DNA of 64,000 nt from the NCBI GenBank assembly GCA_949299505.1, contig CASGAS010000001.1, forward strand, positions 9,337-73,336, given 5' to 3'. Position numbers and translations under genes: made by a program. Of the stretch, positions 37,417-46,797 are shown one piece after another. The notes beneath the pieces are model-generated. The model was not told the origin of the DNA and ran no database searches. It saw only the letters and a program-made list of their open reading frames with translations. The stretch is from an uncultured Eubacteriales bacterium (lineage in GTDB: Bacteria > Bacillota > Clostridia > Oscillospirales > Acutalibacteraceae). Position 1 is the first letter of the stretch. Each line of letters opens with the position of its first letter.

Positions 37417-37739
37417 ACGACGTGCTCGACGAGCTCTACGCCGTCGCCGAAAGCCGGCGGCAGGAAAAGCGGGAGGGCTCCTACACCTGCTATCTGTTTG
37501 AACAGGGACTTGACAAGATTCTGAAAAAAGTCGGCGAGGAGGCCGCCGAGACCATCATCGCCGCCAAAAACGGCGTCAAGGCGGACACGGTCGGCGAAAT
37601 TTCCGACCTGCTGTTCCACCTGGTCGTGATGATGGCGAACGAGGGGATTACACCCGGCGACGTCAAAGCGGAGCTTGCGCGCCGCCATCAGAAAGAGGGC
37701 AACTTAAAGACCTTTCACAAGGTCGATAAAAATTCCTGA
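37413..37739 (+). CDS. hisE: Phosphoribosyl-ATP pyrophosphatase
   Basis: Trimmed to the ATG at 37413, which forms an ATGA overlap with hisI. Contains [16 protein letters not shown] and DLLFHLVVM. Confidence 0.9.
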   Translation: MNDVLDELYAVAESRRQEKREGSYTCYLFEQGLDKILKKVGEEAAETIIAAKNGVKADTVGEISDLLFHLVVMMANEGITPGDVKAELARRHQKEGNLKTFHKVDKNS

Positions 37740-37763
37740 GCAAAACGCTCGAAAGGGGCAAAC

Positions 37764-39233
37764 ATGATGTGGGTCTTATGGACAGTGCTGGGGCTTATCG
37801 GCTTGTTTTTGGTCGTGACGCTCATCCGCGCGGCATTCTGGAAGCCGGAAACGCCGGACACCGAGCCGCTTGAGGAGGAGACGGTCGACGTAGACAAGTA
37901 CCGCCGGGACTTAAGCGACGCCATTCGCATCAAAACCGTATCCAACGTGGACGTCGACAAGGTGGACTGGGGCGAGTTCCAAAAGCTGCACCGGCTTTTT
38001 GAGGAGCGCTTCCCGCTGGTGCACAAGCACCTCAAGCGCGAGGAGATTTCGCTGGCGAGCCTTTTGTACACCTGGGAGGGGACGAACCCGGACCTCCCGC
38101 CCATCGCGCTGCTTGCGCACCAGGACGTTGTGCCGGTCGCCGAGGGGACAGAGGACGACTGGACGCACCCCGCCTTCGACGGCTTTGACGACGGCGAATT
38201 CGTCTGGGGCCGCGGCGCGCTCGACATGAAAAACCACCTGATTGCGGTGCTGGAAAGCGTGGAGACGCTGCTGGCCGAGGGGTTCCGGCCGACGCGCACG
38301 GTGTATTTGTGCTTCGGCCACGACGAGGAAATAGTCGCCGCCAAGACCTCCGGCGCCGGCGCCATAGCCGACACGCTCAAAGCGCGCGGCGTGCACCTGG
38401 ACAGCGTCATTGACGAGGGCGGCGCCATTTTGAATTTGAAGGTCGGCTCCATCCTCAACAACCGCCTGGCGGGCGTGGGCATTGCCGAAAAGGGCTACGC
38501 CGATTTCCGCGTGTCCGTCAGCGCCAAGGGCGGGCACTCCTCCCAGCCGCCGGCGCACACCGCGGTCGGGCAGCTGGCCGACGTTATCAAGGACATCGAA
38601 AAGCATCAGTTCCGCGCGACCATGCCGGATTTTGTGTATGACCTATTCTGCAAAATCGGCAAAAATTGCAGCTATCCGGCGCGCATTGTCATGTGCAACC
38701 TGTGGCTTTTGAAGCCGCTGATTACCTTTGTCATGACCAAAATTCCGCCCGCCGCGTCGCTTATCCATACGACGACCGCCGTCACCATGGCCGACGGCAG
38801 CCCGGCGGCGAACGTGCTGCCGCAAAAGGCGTCTGTTACGGTCAATTTCCGCATGATGCCCGGCACGACCATAAAGGACGTGGAGGCGCATATCCGCAAG
38901 AGCGTGCGCAACAAGGACATCGAGGTCGAATACCTGAAGGGCAAGGAAGCCTCCAAGGTTTCGCCGACCGACAGCCGTTCCTTTAAGATTTTTGAATCGC
39001 TGTGCACGCGCGCCGACCCGACGATGATCGTGGCGCCGTATCTGGTCATGGGCGGCACGGACGCGTACCATTACGAAGAGGTCTGCGACAACATCTACCG
39101 TTTCGCGCCGTTCGTCATGGACACGAAGCTGCTTTTGACCACGCACGGCACGAACGAGCGTATCCCGGTTTCCTGCATGGCGGACGCGCTCAAATTCTTC
39201 AAGCGCTATATCCGCATGATGTCGGCGGAATAA
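37764..39233 (+). CDS. M20 family metallopeptidase with N-terminal membrane anchor (carboxypeptidase/PM20D1-like)
   Basis: HQDVVPV, WGRGALDMK, FGHDEE and IDEGG, with an N-terminal TM helix (MMWVLWTVLGLIGLFLVV). Confidence 0.8.
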   Translation: MMWVLWTVLGLIGLFLVVTLIRAAFWKPETPDTEPLEEETVDVDKYRRDLSDAIRIKTVSNVDVDKVDWGEFQKLHRLFEERFPLVHKHLKREEISLASLLYTWEGTNPDLPPIALLAHQDVVPVAEGTEDDWTHPAFDGFDDGEFVWGRGALDMKNHLIAVLESVETLLAEGFRPTRTVYLCFGHDEEIVAAKTSGAGAIADTLKARGVHLDSVIDEGGAILNLKVGSILNNRLAGVGIAEKGYADFRVSVSAKGGHSSQPPAHTAVGQLADVIKDIEKHQFRATMPDFVYDLFCKIGKNCSYPARIVMCNLWLLKPLITFVMTKIPPAASLIHTTTAVTMADGSPAANVLPQKASVTVNFRMMPGTTIKDVEAHIRKSVRNKDIEVEYLKGKEASKVSPTDSRSFKIFESLCTRADPTMIVAPYLVMGGTDAYHYEEVCDNIYRFAPFVMDTKLLLTTHGTNERIPVSCMADALKFFKRYIRMMSAE

Positions 39234-39245
39234 CATACGCCCATG

Positions 39246-39294
39246 AAAAATACCGGCGCAGTCCCGTAAAAGGACTGCGCCGGTTCGGTTTTGT
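39246..39294. terminator. Bidirectional terminator (M20 peptidase / MFS transporter)
   Basis: Perfect 12-bp stem CCGGCGCAGTCC-N7-GGACTGCGCCGG flanked by an A-run and a T-rich tail. Confidence 0.75.
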
Positions 39295-39296
39295 CG

Positions 39297-40478
39297 TTAA
39301 GCGGCCTTGCCGGGGTCTGCCTTTGCAATCCGCTTGTAGGCGACCTCCAGCAGCACGAAGTTTAAGACCGCGAACACCGCGAGGTATGCGGGCAGCACCC
39401 AAATGCCGACGGCCTGCTGCAATTTGCCGAACGCCGTCGGCATGCACATACTGCCTATGTACGCAAACGCCATTTGCAGCCCAATGGCCGCCGCGCTGTA
39501 GCGCTTGCCGAAATTGGCGGGCGCCATGTGCTGAATCGCCGGGTAAACGGGGCCCATGCCCGTGCCGGCGAGCAGGAAGCCGGCCGCCGCGACAAGGTAG
39601 CCGTCCAGCGGCAGCGCAATCAGCGCAATGCCGAGGAATTCCAGCAAAATGCCGAAGCGGATAAGCTTTCGGTCGCCGAGCCGGTTGGAAATGAAGCCGG
39701 AAATCAGCCGCCCGAGCATCAGCCCCGCAAAAATCAGCGAGCCGAACGACGCGACGAGCTTTTCGTCCATCCAGGGCCGTGTGCCGGCAAAGTAGCTTGA
39801 CGTCCACAAAAAGCAGGTGGCCTCCCCCGCGCAGTAGGCGAAAAAGGCGACGAGCGTCGGCAGCATGCCGGGGCGCCGGAGCGTTTCCGAAATGCCGGCG
39901 GTTTCCTCCCGGACGTCTGTCTGCTGCACGTCCTTTTCGGTTTTCCAAAGCGGCAGCGAAAGGATGCAGACGACGAGGATGCCCGCCTGCAGATACGCCG
40001 TCCAGCGGTAGCCGTCGTTCCAATGCGCATATTGCAGCGCCAGCGCCATGATGTTCGGGCTGATGACCGCGCCTAAGCCGTAAAAGCAGTGCAGGAAATT
40101 CATCACCGAGGAGGAATAGTGGTTCGCGACGTAGTTGTTGAGCGCCGCGTCAATGGAGCCGGCCCCCAGGCCGTAAGGTACGGCGAACAGAAAGAGCATC
40201 GCGTACCGGTCGCAAAACGAAAAACCGATAAGCCCGAACACGGTCAGCAGGGTTGAAACAATGACAATCCATTTGGTGTGCATTTTGCGCATGAGGCGCG
40301 GGCTTAAAAGCGACGAGAGAATCGTCATGCAGCAAATGGTCATGGAAATGTAGCCCGCGTAGGACGACGGGACCCCGAAGTCCAGCTGCATGGTCGGCCA
40401 CCCGGAGCCGAGCAGCGAGTCGGGCAGGCCGAGGCTTACGAACGCGAGGTAAATGACGGCGATAAGAAGGGATGCCAT
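39297..40478 (-). CDS. MFS transporter
   Basis: 393 aa with 12 predicted TM segments. The substrate cannot be inferred. Confidence 0.8.
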   Translation of the reverse strand: MASLLIAVIYLAFVSLGLPDSLLGSGWPTMQLDFGVPSSYAGYISMTICCMTILSSLLSPRLMRKMHTKWIVIVSTLLTVFGLIGFSFCDRYAMLFLFAVPYGLGAGSIDAALNNYVANHYSSSVMNFLHCFYGLGAVISPNIMALALQYAHWNDGYRWTAYLQAGILVVCILSLPLWKTEKDVQQTDVREETAGISETLRRPGMLPTLVAFFAYCAGEATCFLWTSSYFAGTRPWMDEKLVASFGSLIFAGLMLGRLISGFISNRLGDRKLIRFGILLEFLGIALIALPLDGYLVAAAGFLLAGTGMGPVYPAIQHMAPANFGKRYSAAAIGLQMAFAYIGSMCMPTAFGKLQQAVGIWVLPAYLAVFAVLNFVLLEVAYKRIAKADPGKAA

Positions 40479-40544
40479 GGTCTTGGGGTCTCCTTTGGAA
40501 AGCGGTGTGTCGAACGGGCGCGGGCGCTGCCTGCAAACGTATCT

Positions 40545-40573
40545 ATCATAAAAAAAGCCCGGGCGCTTGTCAA
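40545..40573 (-). promoter_or_regulatory. Promoter of the MFS transporter gene
   Basis: On the minus strand: TTGACA, 17 nt, TATGAT. Confidence 0.5.
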
Positions 40574-40607
40574 GTCCCTTTTCACTTTGTCTCCCCCAAA
40601 GAAAAGG

Positions 40608-40636
40608 TTTACAGAAACGCCGTTTTCCTTTATAAT
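40608..40636 (+). promoter_or_regulatory. Promoter of putP
   Basis: TTTACA, 17 nt, TATAAT. Confidence 0.55.
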
Positions 40637-40670
40637 GGTACAGTCAAAATTTTCCAAAGGGGGAGAAACT

Positions 40671-42245
40671 ATGTCTGCCGACACCGTAAAGGTGCTAATC
40701 GCCATGTGCGCGTATATGCTGATTGTAATCGGCATCGGCGTGTACTTTGCAAAGCGTTCGCAGAAAAACTCCGACAACTACTTTTTGGGCGGCCGGTCTT
40801 TAGGCCCGTGGGTCACCGCCATGAGCGCCGAGGCGTCCGACATGAGCGGCTGGCTTTTGATGGGGCTGCCGGGCGTTGCATACTGGTGCGGGCTTGCCGA
40901 CGCGTTTTGGACGGCGGCGGGGCTTGCCATTGGCACCTACATCAACTGGCTGGTCGTCGCCAAGCGGCTGCGCAGCTATTCGGTCGTTTCCGGGGACGCC
41001 ATTACCATCCCGGACTTTTTAAGCAACCGCTACCATGAAAAGAAAAAGGTCATTCTGTCTGTTTCGGCGCTGTTTATCCTTGTGTTCTTCACGGTTTACG
41101 CCGCCAGCTGCTTTGTGACCTGCGGCAAGCTGTTCAGCACGCTGTTCGGCTTTCCGTATCACACCATGATGATTGTCGGCGCTGTGTTCGTGCTTGTCTA
41201 TACGTTCTTAGGCGGCTTCTTAGCCGAGAGCGCGTCGGACTTCATGCAGAGCATCGTCATGTTTTTGGCGCTTCTGGTTGTGCTTGTGGCCGGCACCATT
41301 CACGCGGGCGGGGTTTCGGCCGTGCTCGAAAACGCGCAGGCCATTGCGGGCTTCTTCTCGCTGACGGCGACCGCCACGCCCACGGTGGACGCCGCCGGGG
41401 TGCAGCAGGCGGCAAACGGCACGCCGCTGTTCGGCGAGGCGAGCGGCTACGGCGCGCTGACGATTATTTCCACGCTCTCCTGGGGGCTCGGCTACTTCGG
41501 CATGCCGCAGGTGCTTCTGCGCTTCATGGCGATTCGCAAACGCCGGGAGCTGACCCGTTCGCGCCGCATTGCGACGGTCTGGGTCGTCATTTCCCTGGTT
41601 GCCGCCGTGTACATCGGCTTAATGGGCCGCGCCATGTTCCCGGTCCATGAAACGCTGTCGACGGCGTCCGGCGCGGAAAACATCTTCATCATCATCAGCC
41701 GCGCGCTGTTCCATCCCGTGCTTGCGGGCGTCGTGATGGCGGGTATTTTGGCGGCCACCATCAGCTCGTCGGACTCCTACCTGCTGATTGCCTCCTCCGC
41801 GTTTTCCAAAAACCTGTTCGGCGGCGTGCTCAAAAAGAACGCCACCGACAAGCAGGTCATGTGGGTCGCGCGTATCATTTTGCTTGTGATTGCGCTCATT
41901 GGCATCGCCATTGCCTGGGATGAAAACAGCGTCATCTTTACGGTCGTATCGTTTGCGTGGGCGGGCTTCGGCGCCACGTTCGGGCCGATTATGCTGTTCT
42001 CCCTCTTTTGGAAGCGCACCACGCGCGCGGGCGCCGTGGCGGGCATGGTCACGGGCGGCGTGATGGTCTTTGTGTGGAACCTTCTGGTGCGGCCGCTCGG
42101 CGGGATTTTCGACATCTACGAGCTGTTCCCGGCGTTCGTGCTTTCGTGCATTGCGATTGTCGTCGTCTCGCTGCTCACAAAGAAACCGGGCAAGGAGATT
42201 GAGGACGAATTTGAACGCGCCAAGCTCTATAAAGAAGAGGCGTAA
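40671..42245 (+). CDS. putP: Sodium:proline symporter (SSS family)
   Basis: Trimmed to the ATG at 40671 after GGGGGAG. Contains YFLGGRSLGPWVTAMSAEASDMSGWLLMGLPG and GYFGMPQVLLRFMA. Confidence 0.85.
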   Translation: MSADTVKVLIAMCAYMLIVIGIGVYFAKRSQKNSDNYFLGGRSLGPWVTAMSAEASDMSGWLLMGLPGVAYWCGLADAFWTAAGLAIGTYINWLVVAKRLRSYSVVSGDAITIPDFLSNRYHEKKKVILSVSALFILVFFTVYAASCFVTCGKLFSTLFGFPYHTMMIVGAVFVLVYTFLGGFLAESASDFMQSIVMFLALLVVLVAGTIHAGGVSAVLENAQAIAGFFSLTATATPTVDAAGVQQAANGTPLFGEASGYGALTIISTLSWGLGYFGMPQVLLRFMAIRKRRELTRSRRIATVWVVISLVAAVYIGLMGRAMFPVHETLSTASGAENIFIIISRALFHPVLAGVVMAGILAATISSSDSYLLIASSAFSKNLFGGVLKKNATDKQVMWVARIILLVIALIGIAIAWDENSVIFTVVSFAWAGFGATFGPIMLFSLFWKRTTRAGAVAGMVTGGVMVFVWNLLVRPLGGIFDIYELFPAFVLSCIAIVVVSLLTKKPGKEIEDEFERAKLYKEEA

Positions 42246-42261
42246 CAGCGTAGATAAAGCG

Positions 42262-42296
42262 AAGCAGCCCGGAAAAACCGGGCTGCTTTTCTTTTT
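42262..42296. terminator. Bidirectional terminator (putP / HAD gene)
   Basis: AAGCAGCCCGG-AAAAA-CCGGGCTGCTT followed by TTCTTTTTC. Confidence 0.75.
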
Positions 42297-42302
42297 CTGC
42301 AT

Positions 42303-42896
42303 TTAATTTTCGTATTGCTCGCTGTAGCGAAACTCTGTTTGCGCGCCGTCCTTTTCAATGTGGAAGCACCGCTCGCCAAGCGAAAAAATGGGGCGGTCAT
42401 GGCGGTAGGAGTCGGAATACACGTCCCGCACGCGCACGTCTGCGCCGAACACCTCATAAAAGCGGCGCACCTTTTCCTCCCCGCGGCAGTTGCGCCCCAA
42501 AAGCGTGCCGGTCTTCGGGTCGTGGCGCGTGCAAAGCAGCGTTTTAACCTGCAGTCTGTCGGCGATTTCCCGCAGCAGAAAATCGGGGCTTGCGCTGATG
42601 ACGACCGTGTGCCGCGCCCGGTTCTCCGGCAAAAACCAGGGGAACACGTCGCGCTCGTGCCGGTCCCAAAAGGCGCGGACCGCCTTGTCTAACGGGATAA
42701 AGCGCACGGCGACAAAAATATGACGCTTGAACCGGTCCAGGGAGACTATGCGCAGCCCGTACAGCAGCCCGAGCACAAGATAATACGGCAAAAGCAGCAG
42801 CAGATACGGGTACCGCCTCACGCAGAACAGCAAAAAGGTCGAGCCGCTGTCAAACGGGACGACGGTTTTGTCAAAATCGTAAATATCGACTTCCAT
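42303..42896 (-). CDS. HAD-IB family hydrolase
   Basis: N-terminal DFDKT nucleophile motif, a hydrophobic cap segment, ISASP, and a C-terminal DSYRHD. Confidence 0.7.
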   Translation of the reverse strand: MEVDIYDFDKTVVPFDSGSTFLLFCVRRYPYLLLLLPYYLVLGLLYGLRIVSLDRFKRHIFVAVRFIPLDKAVRAFWDRHERDVFPWFLPENRARHTVVISASPDFLLREIADRLQVKTLLCTRHDPKTGTLLGRNCRGEEKVRRFYEVFGADVRVRDVYSDSYRHDRPIFSLGERCFHIEKDGAQTEFRYSEQYEN

Positions 42897-42905
42897 AGCT
42901 CCCTC

Positions 42906-43583
42906 TCAGTCCACGGGTTCCTGCGGGTAATAGTCCCACAGCGCGCGCTCGTCGTCCTCGGAAACGGGCAGGGCGGGACATTCCGCTACGGCCTCCACCT
43001 TGCCGCCGTGCGACCACAAAAACGGGTCGACGCGCAAGGTGTAGCCGCAGCCGTTGGGCGTGAGCCATTCGTGCATGGAGGCTTCGGGAATGGCAAACGC
43101 CGTCATCAGCGACATAATGACCCCGCCGTGCGTGACGACCGCCGCCGACCGCACGCCGGACTGCAAAACCCCCTGTACGATGCGCTCGAACGCCGAGCAG
43201 ATGCGCCGGTTGAAGTCTACCTGACTTTCGCCGAAGGGGACGGGCGTTTCGGGCTCGGCGCCGGAAAGCCAGACCCGAAATGCGTCCAGGTCCTTGAGCT
43301 CGTCGGCGGTGCGTCCCTCAAATTCGCCGAAATCATACTCGGCCAGCTCCTGCATGACGATGGGCTCTTTGTCCGGGTAAATGCGCTTCGCGGTTTGCAG
43401 GCAGCGCGCAAGCGGACTCGAAAAGACCGCCTCCGCCTCCGGGTAGCCGCCGTATTCCGCGATAAGCTCGTCAATTTGCCGCAAGCCCGCTTCGGTCGCG
43501 GGCAGGTCGGTCTGCCCGATATAGCGCCCTTCGGTATTGCCCTCAGCGGCGTTGCGAATCAAATGCAGCTGTGCTGTTTTCAA
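42906..43583 (-). CDS. Histidine phosphatase (phosphoglycerate mutase/CobC-like) family protein with Asn in place of the catalytic His
   Basis: ORF 42906..43757 trimmed to a TTG at 43583 after GGACGGTGA. The N-terminal motif reads LIRNAAEGN where the family has LIRHGxTxxN. The downstream family motifs SSPLARCLQTA and VVTHGGVI are present. Confidence 0.65.
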   Translation of the reverse strand: MKTAQLHLIRNAAEGNTEGRYIGQTDLPATEAGLRQIDELIAEYGGYPEAEAVFSSPLARCLQTAKRIYPDKEPIVMQELAEYDFGEFEGRTADELKDLDAFRVWLSGAEPETPVPFGESQVDFNRRICSAFERIVQGVLQSGVRSAAVVTHGGVIMSLMTAFAIPEASMHEWLTPNGCGYTLRVDPFLWSHGGKVEAVAECPALPVSEDDERALWDYYPQEPVD

Positions 43584-43671
43584 AATAATCACCGTCCGGA
43601 ATTTTTTGGAATATACAAACTGTAAAATTTGTGCTATGATTTTCCTACAAAATGTATTTTGGAGGCAGGCT

Positions 43672-44289
43672 ATGAATACGACCTTTCCCGCACGGCTCCA
43701 CGCGCTGCGGCGCGAGCGGGGCTTGACGCAAAAGGAGGCCGCCGCCGCGATGGGCATTTCCGGCGCGCTGCTGTCCCACTACGAAAAGGGGATTCGCGAA
43801 TGCGGGCTTGAATTTCTGTGCAGCGCCGCGTCGTTTTACGACGTCAGCTGCGACTATCTGCTGGGCGTGAGCAACACGCGCCGCTCGTTTAACGAACAGT
43901 TTGATGAGCGCGATACCGTGCAGGACCGGGAATTTCGGACCGGCACGCTGTTCCGCGCCGCGACGATGCTCGGCGACGCTTTGGCCGTTACCGACCCGGA
44001 GTCCGCCGTGCTGCTGCGCAGCTATTTTGCGCTTTCCATTTACCGCGTCGCCCTGCGCGCCTGCGCGGACGGGGTGCTGCCCGCCGCCTGGGCAACGCTG
44101 CCCGAAAATGCGGCGGAGTCCGGCAGCGCCGCGCTGATGGACGGCCTCTTGCGGCGGCTGCGCGGGGCAAAGACGGCGGATACGAAACCCGCCGAGCCGG
44201 TCTGCGTGCACACGGTTATGGAAAACGGCGAACGCCTGCTGCGGGAGGCCGCCGCCGCGTTTGTCGGGGAACAGCAGGCGCAGCGTTAA
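43672..44289 (+). CDS. XRE family helix-turn-helix transcriptional regulator
   Basis: Trimmed to the ATG at 43672 after GGAGGCAGG. HTH reads LRRERGLTQKEAAAAMGISGALLSHYEKGIRE, followed by a C-terminal domain of unknown function. Confidence 0.8.
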   Translation: MNTTFPARLHALRRERGLTQKEAAAAMGISGALLSHYEKGIRECGLEFLCSAASFYDVSCDYLLGVSNTRRSFNEQFDERDTVQDREFRTGTLFRAATMLGDALAVTDPESAVLLRSYFALSIYRVALRACADGVLPAAWATLPENAAESGSAALMDGLLRRLRGAKTADTKPAEPVCVHTVMENGERLLREAAAAFVGEQQAQR

Positions 44290-44305
44290 AAGATTTCTGC
44301 GGCGC

Positions 44306-44905
44306 TTAGAATATCTCCGCGGCGTGCGCCGCTTCGTATTCCCGGATACGCTCAAGCAGCGCTTCGCGTGAAAAATCCTTGCGAAACGCGTCGTCGAGCG
44401 CCTGTACGGCCGCGCTTTCGAGCGAGGCCTCTTCATTGTCTTCGTCGAACATCGCGTACATTTTTTCGGCCGCTTCCAAAAGCCCGGCCGCGCCGACAGC
44501 CTGGAGCGCCCGTGGCGCAAAGGCCCGCAGCGGCTCGCCGTTGCGCTTGAAAAAGGCGGAAAGCGACGTTTCTGCGTCCTGCAGGAGCCAATAAAGCGTA
44601 TAGACGTTTTGCTGCGGCTCGTTCATTTCGGCAAAGCAGCGGTCGCTGTCTTCGGCGGCCTCCAGGCGCGACTGCAAAACGGCAAACGCCCCGTCGAGCG
44701 CGCGCCGGGGGTCGGCGGCGCGTACCGTTTCGGCCGTGGCGTGCCGGAACTCCGCCTTGCAGGCGGACAGCCGCTCAATCTCCGCATAGGCGCGGCGTGT
44801 CTCCCGGTTGTGCCGTGCGCTTGCGCGCGAGGCCTTGATGAGCACAAGCGCCGTCGCTATGCAAAGCACGCCGAGCAGGACCCACAAATACCAATATTCC
44901 ATCAT
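44306..44905 (-). CDS. Hypothetical membrane-anchored protein
   Basis: 199 aa with an N-terminal TM helix (YWYLWVLLGVLCIATALVLI) and a helical cytoplasmic domain. It overlaps the end of rsmI by 4 nt. Confidence 0.55.
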   Translation of the reverse strand: MMEYWYLWVLLGVLCIATALVLIKASRASARHNRETRRAYAEIERLSACKAEFRHATAETVRAADPRRALDGAFAVLQSRLEAAEDSDRCFAEMNEPQQNVYTLYWLLQDAETSLSAFFKRNGEPLRAFAPRALQAVGAAGLLEAAEKMYAMFDEDNEEASLESAAVQALDDAFRKDFSREALLERIREYEAAHAAEIF

Positions 44906-45738
44906 TCGCCTCCGTCCGGTTCGGTTAACGCCTTGTAAATGTCATTTTTTTTCAGGCCGCTTTCCCGGGCGGCCGTTTTTGCCGCCTGCGTTTTGCCCAT
45001 GCCCGCCTGTTCAAGCGCCCGGGCGCGCTCGACGGCGTCCGGCAGCGACCAGACCGTCTTTTGCGGCTGCGCGCCGCGCACAACCAGCACAAATTCCCCG
45101 CGCACCTCTTTTTCGCGATACGCTTCCACCGCTTCGCGCAGCGTTGTGCGCTCGACGGTTTCGTGAACCTTTGTAAGCTCCTTGACAAGCGCCGCCTCCC
45201 GGTCGCCGAAGGCGTCCAGCAAATCGCCGAGCGTTTTGGAAAGGCGGTGCGGGGCTTCGTAAAAGACCAGGGTGCGCGTTTCCGAGGCGAGTTCCTGCAA
45301 AAGCGCGCGCCGCTGCGCGTTTTGTACGGGCAAAAAGCCTTCAAAGGTAAACCGCGCGGACGGCAGACCCGAAACGGCGACGGCCGTCGCGAACGCCGTG
45401 GGGCCGGGGACGGCCTCGACGCGCACGCCGTGCGTATGCATCAGGGCGACAAGCGCTTCGCCCGGGTCGGAAACGGCGGGCATCCCCGCGTCCGTGACCA
45501 GCGCGCAGCTTTCCCCCGCCAGCACGCGGTCCAAAATCCTTTCGCCCGCCGTGCGGCTGTTGTGCTCGTGGTAGCTGACGGTCGGGGTCGTAATTTCAAA
45601 ATGATTGAGCAGCTTGCGCGTGACGCGCGTGTCTTCGGCGGCGATGAAATCGCAGCTTTGCAGCGTCTCTATCGCCCGCGGCGAAAAATCCCCGAGGTTG
45701 CCGATGGGCGTACCGACGATATACAAGACTCCCGCCAT
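44902..45738 (-). CDS. rsmI: 16S rRNA (cytidine1402-2'-O)-methyltransferase
   Basis: LYIVGTPIGNLGDFSPRA, IAAEDTR, DAGMPAVSDPG. Confidence 0.95.
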   Translation of the reverse strand: MAGVLYIVGTPIGNLGDFSPRAIETLQSCDFIAAEDTRVTRKLLNHFEITTPTVSYHEHNSRTAGERILDRVLAGESCALVTDAGMPAVSDPGEALVALMHTHGVRVEAVPGPTAFATAVAVSGLPSARFTFEGFLPVQNAQRRALLQELASETRTLVFYEAPHRLSKTLGDLLDAFGDREAALVKELTKVHETVERTTLREAVEAYREKEVRGEFVLVVRGAQPQKTVWSLPDAVERARALEQAGMGKTQAAKTAARESGLKKNDIYKALTEPDGGE

Positions 45739-45752
45739 CGAAAACCCTCCTT

Positions 45753-46481
45753 TTATGTCGTCTGTCCGGGAGAATAGCGGCCGGGCGCCTGGCCGTCGCC
45801 ATATAAAAACAGATGCGGCAGAATCCGAAGCCCCGCTTTTCCGTCACGCCGCCCCTCCAAAAGGCAGAGCCACGGGGCGCTTTGCGCGTTTTTCGAGACC
45901 AGCCGCAGGCGCTTCGGCTCGAGCCGCGCGCGCCGCAGAACGTCCATCGCGTCGCAAAGCCGTTCGGGCCGCAGGCACAGGCAGAACCGGCCGCCGCTTT
46001 TCAGCAGGTGCGCCGCCGCCGCGGCAGCGTCCGCAAGCGTACAGGCCGTTTCGTGCCGCGCAAGGCGCGCCGCCGGCTCCCGGCTTTGCAGCCCGGCGTT
46101 GGCGGCCGTGTACGGCGGGTTCATCGTCACAAGGTCGTAGGTCCCAAAGTCCAGCACGCCCTTTAAGTCCCGCAAATCGGCGTGGTGGGCGAATACGCTG
46201 TCGGAAACGCCGCTTTGCAGAATCCCGCGCGCAAACTGCGAAACGGCCTTTGCCTGCAGCTCTACGCCGTCAATGCGGCTGCAAAGGCCGCGGCTTTTCC
46301 AGTAAAGCGGCAAAATGCCGCAGCCCGTGCCCAAATCGCAGGCGCGGGTGCTCTGCTTCGGCGCGGCGAAATCGGCCAGCAGCAGCGCGTCGGTGCCGAA
46401 GGTGTGCGCGGGCGAGACGACGACGGTCACGCCGTTCTCCAAATATTCCAGGTGCTCGTGCAAAGCGCTCGTCTGTTTCAT
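45753..46481 (-). CDS. tRNA (adenine-N6)-methyltransferase, YabB/TrmN6-like
   Basis: SAM-binding DLGTGCGILPL and catalytic MNPPY. It occupies the yabB position in the holB-yaaT-...-yabC synteny. Confidence 0.8.
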   Translation of the reverse strand: MKQTSALHEHLEYLENGVTVVVSPAHTFGTDALLLADFAAPKQSTRACDLGTGCGILPLYWKSRGLCSRIDGVELQAKAVSQFARGILQSGVSDSVFAHHADLRDLKGVLDFGTYDLVTMNPPYTAANAGLQSREPAARLARHETACTLADAAAAAAHLLKSGGRFCLCLRPERLCDAMDVLRRARLEPKRLRLVSKNAQSAPWLCLLEGRRDGKAGLRILPHLFLYGDGQAPGRYSPGQTT

Positions 46482-46505
46482 AGGGGCATTTTACCATACT
46501 TTCCG

Positions 46506-46540
46506 AAAAAAGCAAAGAAAATGACCGCCGGCCGGCGGTC
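46506..46540 (-). terminator. Terminator after the ferredoxin gene
   Basis: Perfect palindrome GACCGCCGGCCGGCGGTC, followed on the minus strand by ATTTTCTTTGCTTTTTT. Confidence 0.6.
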
Positions 46541-46559
46541 TTTTTGTTGTTTGACAGGC

Positions 46560-46730
46560 TTATTCGGCCTTGGGCGCGTCTACCGGGCAGACGCCGGCGC
46601 AGGACCCGCAGTCGATGCAGGTGTTCGCGTCGATCTCATACTTGCCGTCGCCTTCGGAAATCGCCTCCACGGGGCATTCCGCAGCGCAGGCGCCGCAGGC
46701 GATGCAGTCGTCGGTGATATGATATGCCAT
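46560..46730 (-). CDS. 2x[4Fe-4S] ferredoxin (56 aa, below the ORF-track cutoff)
   Basis: My own translation is MAYHITDDCIACGACAAECPVEAISEGDGKYEIDANTCIDCGSCAGVCPVDAPKAE. It has two CxxCxxCxxxCP motifs, and GGGAGG lies 8 nt upstream. Confidence 0.9.
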   Translation of the reverse strand: MAYHITDDCIACGACAAECPVEAISEGDGKYEIDANTCIDCGSCAGVCPVDAPKAE

Positions 46731-46797
46731 GTTCGTTGACCTCCCTTACACAGTGTAGTTTCATTCTAACACAAATTCTGAAAAGTGCAAGCCTTTT

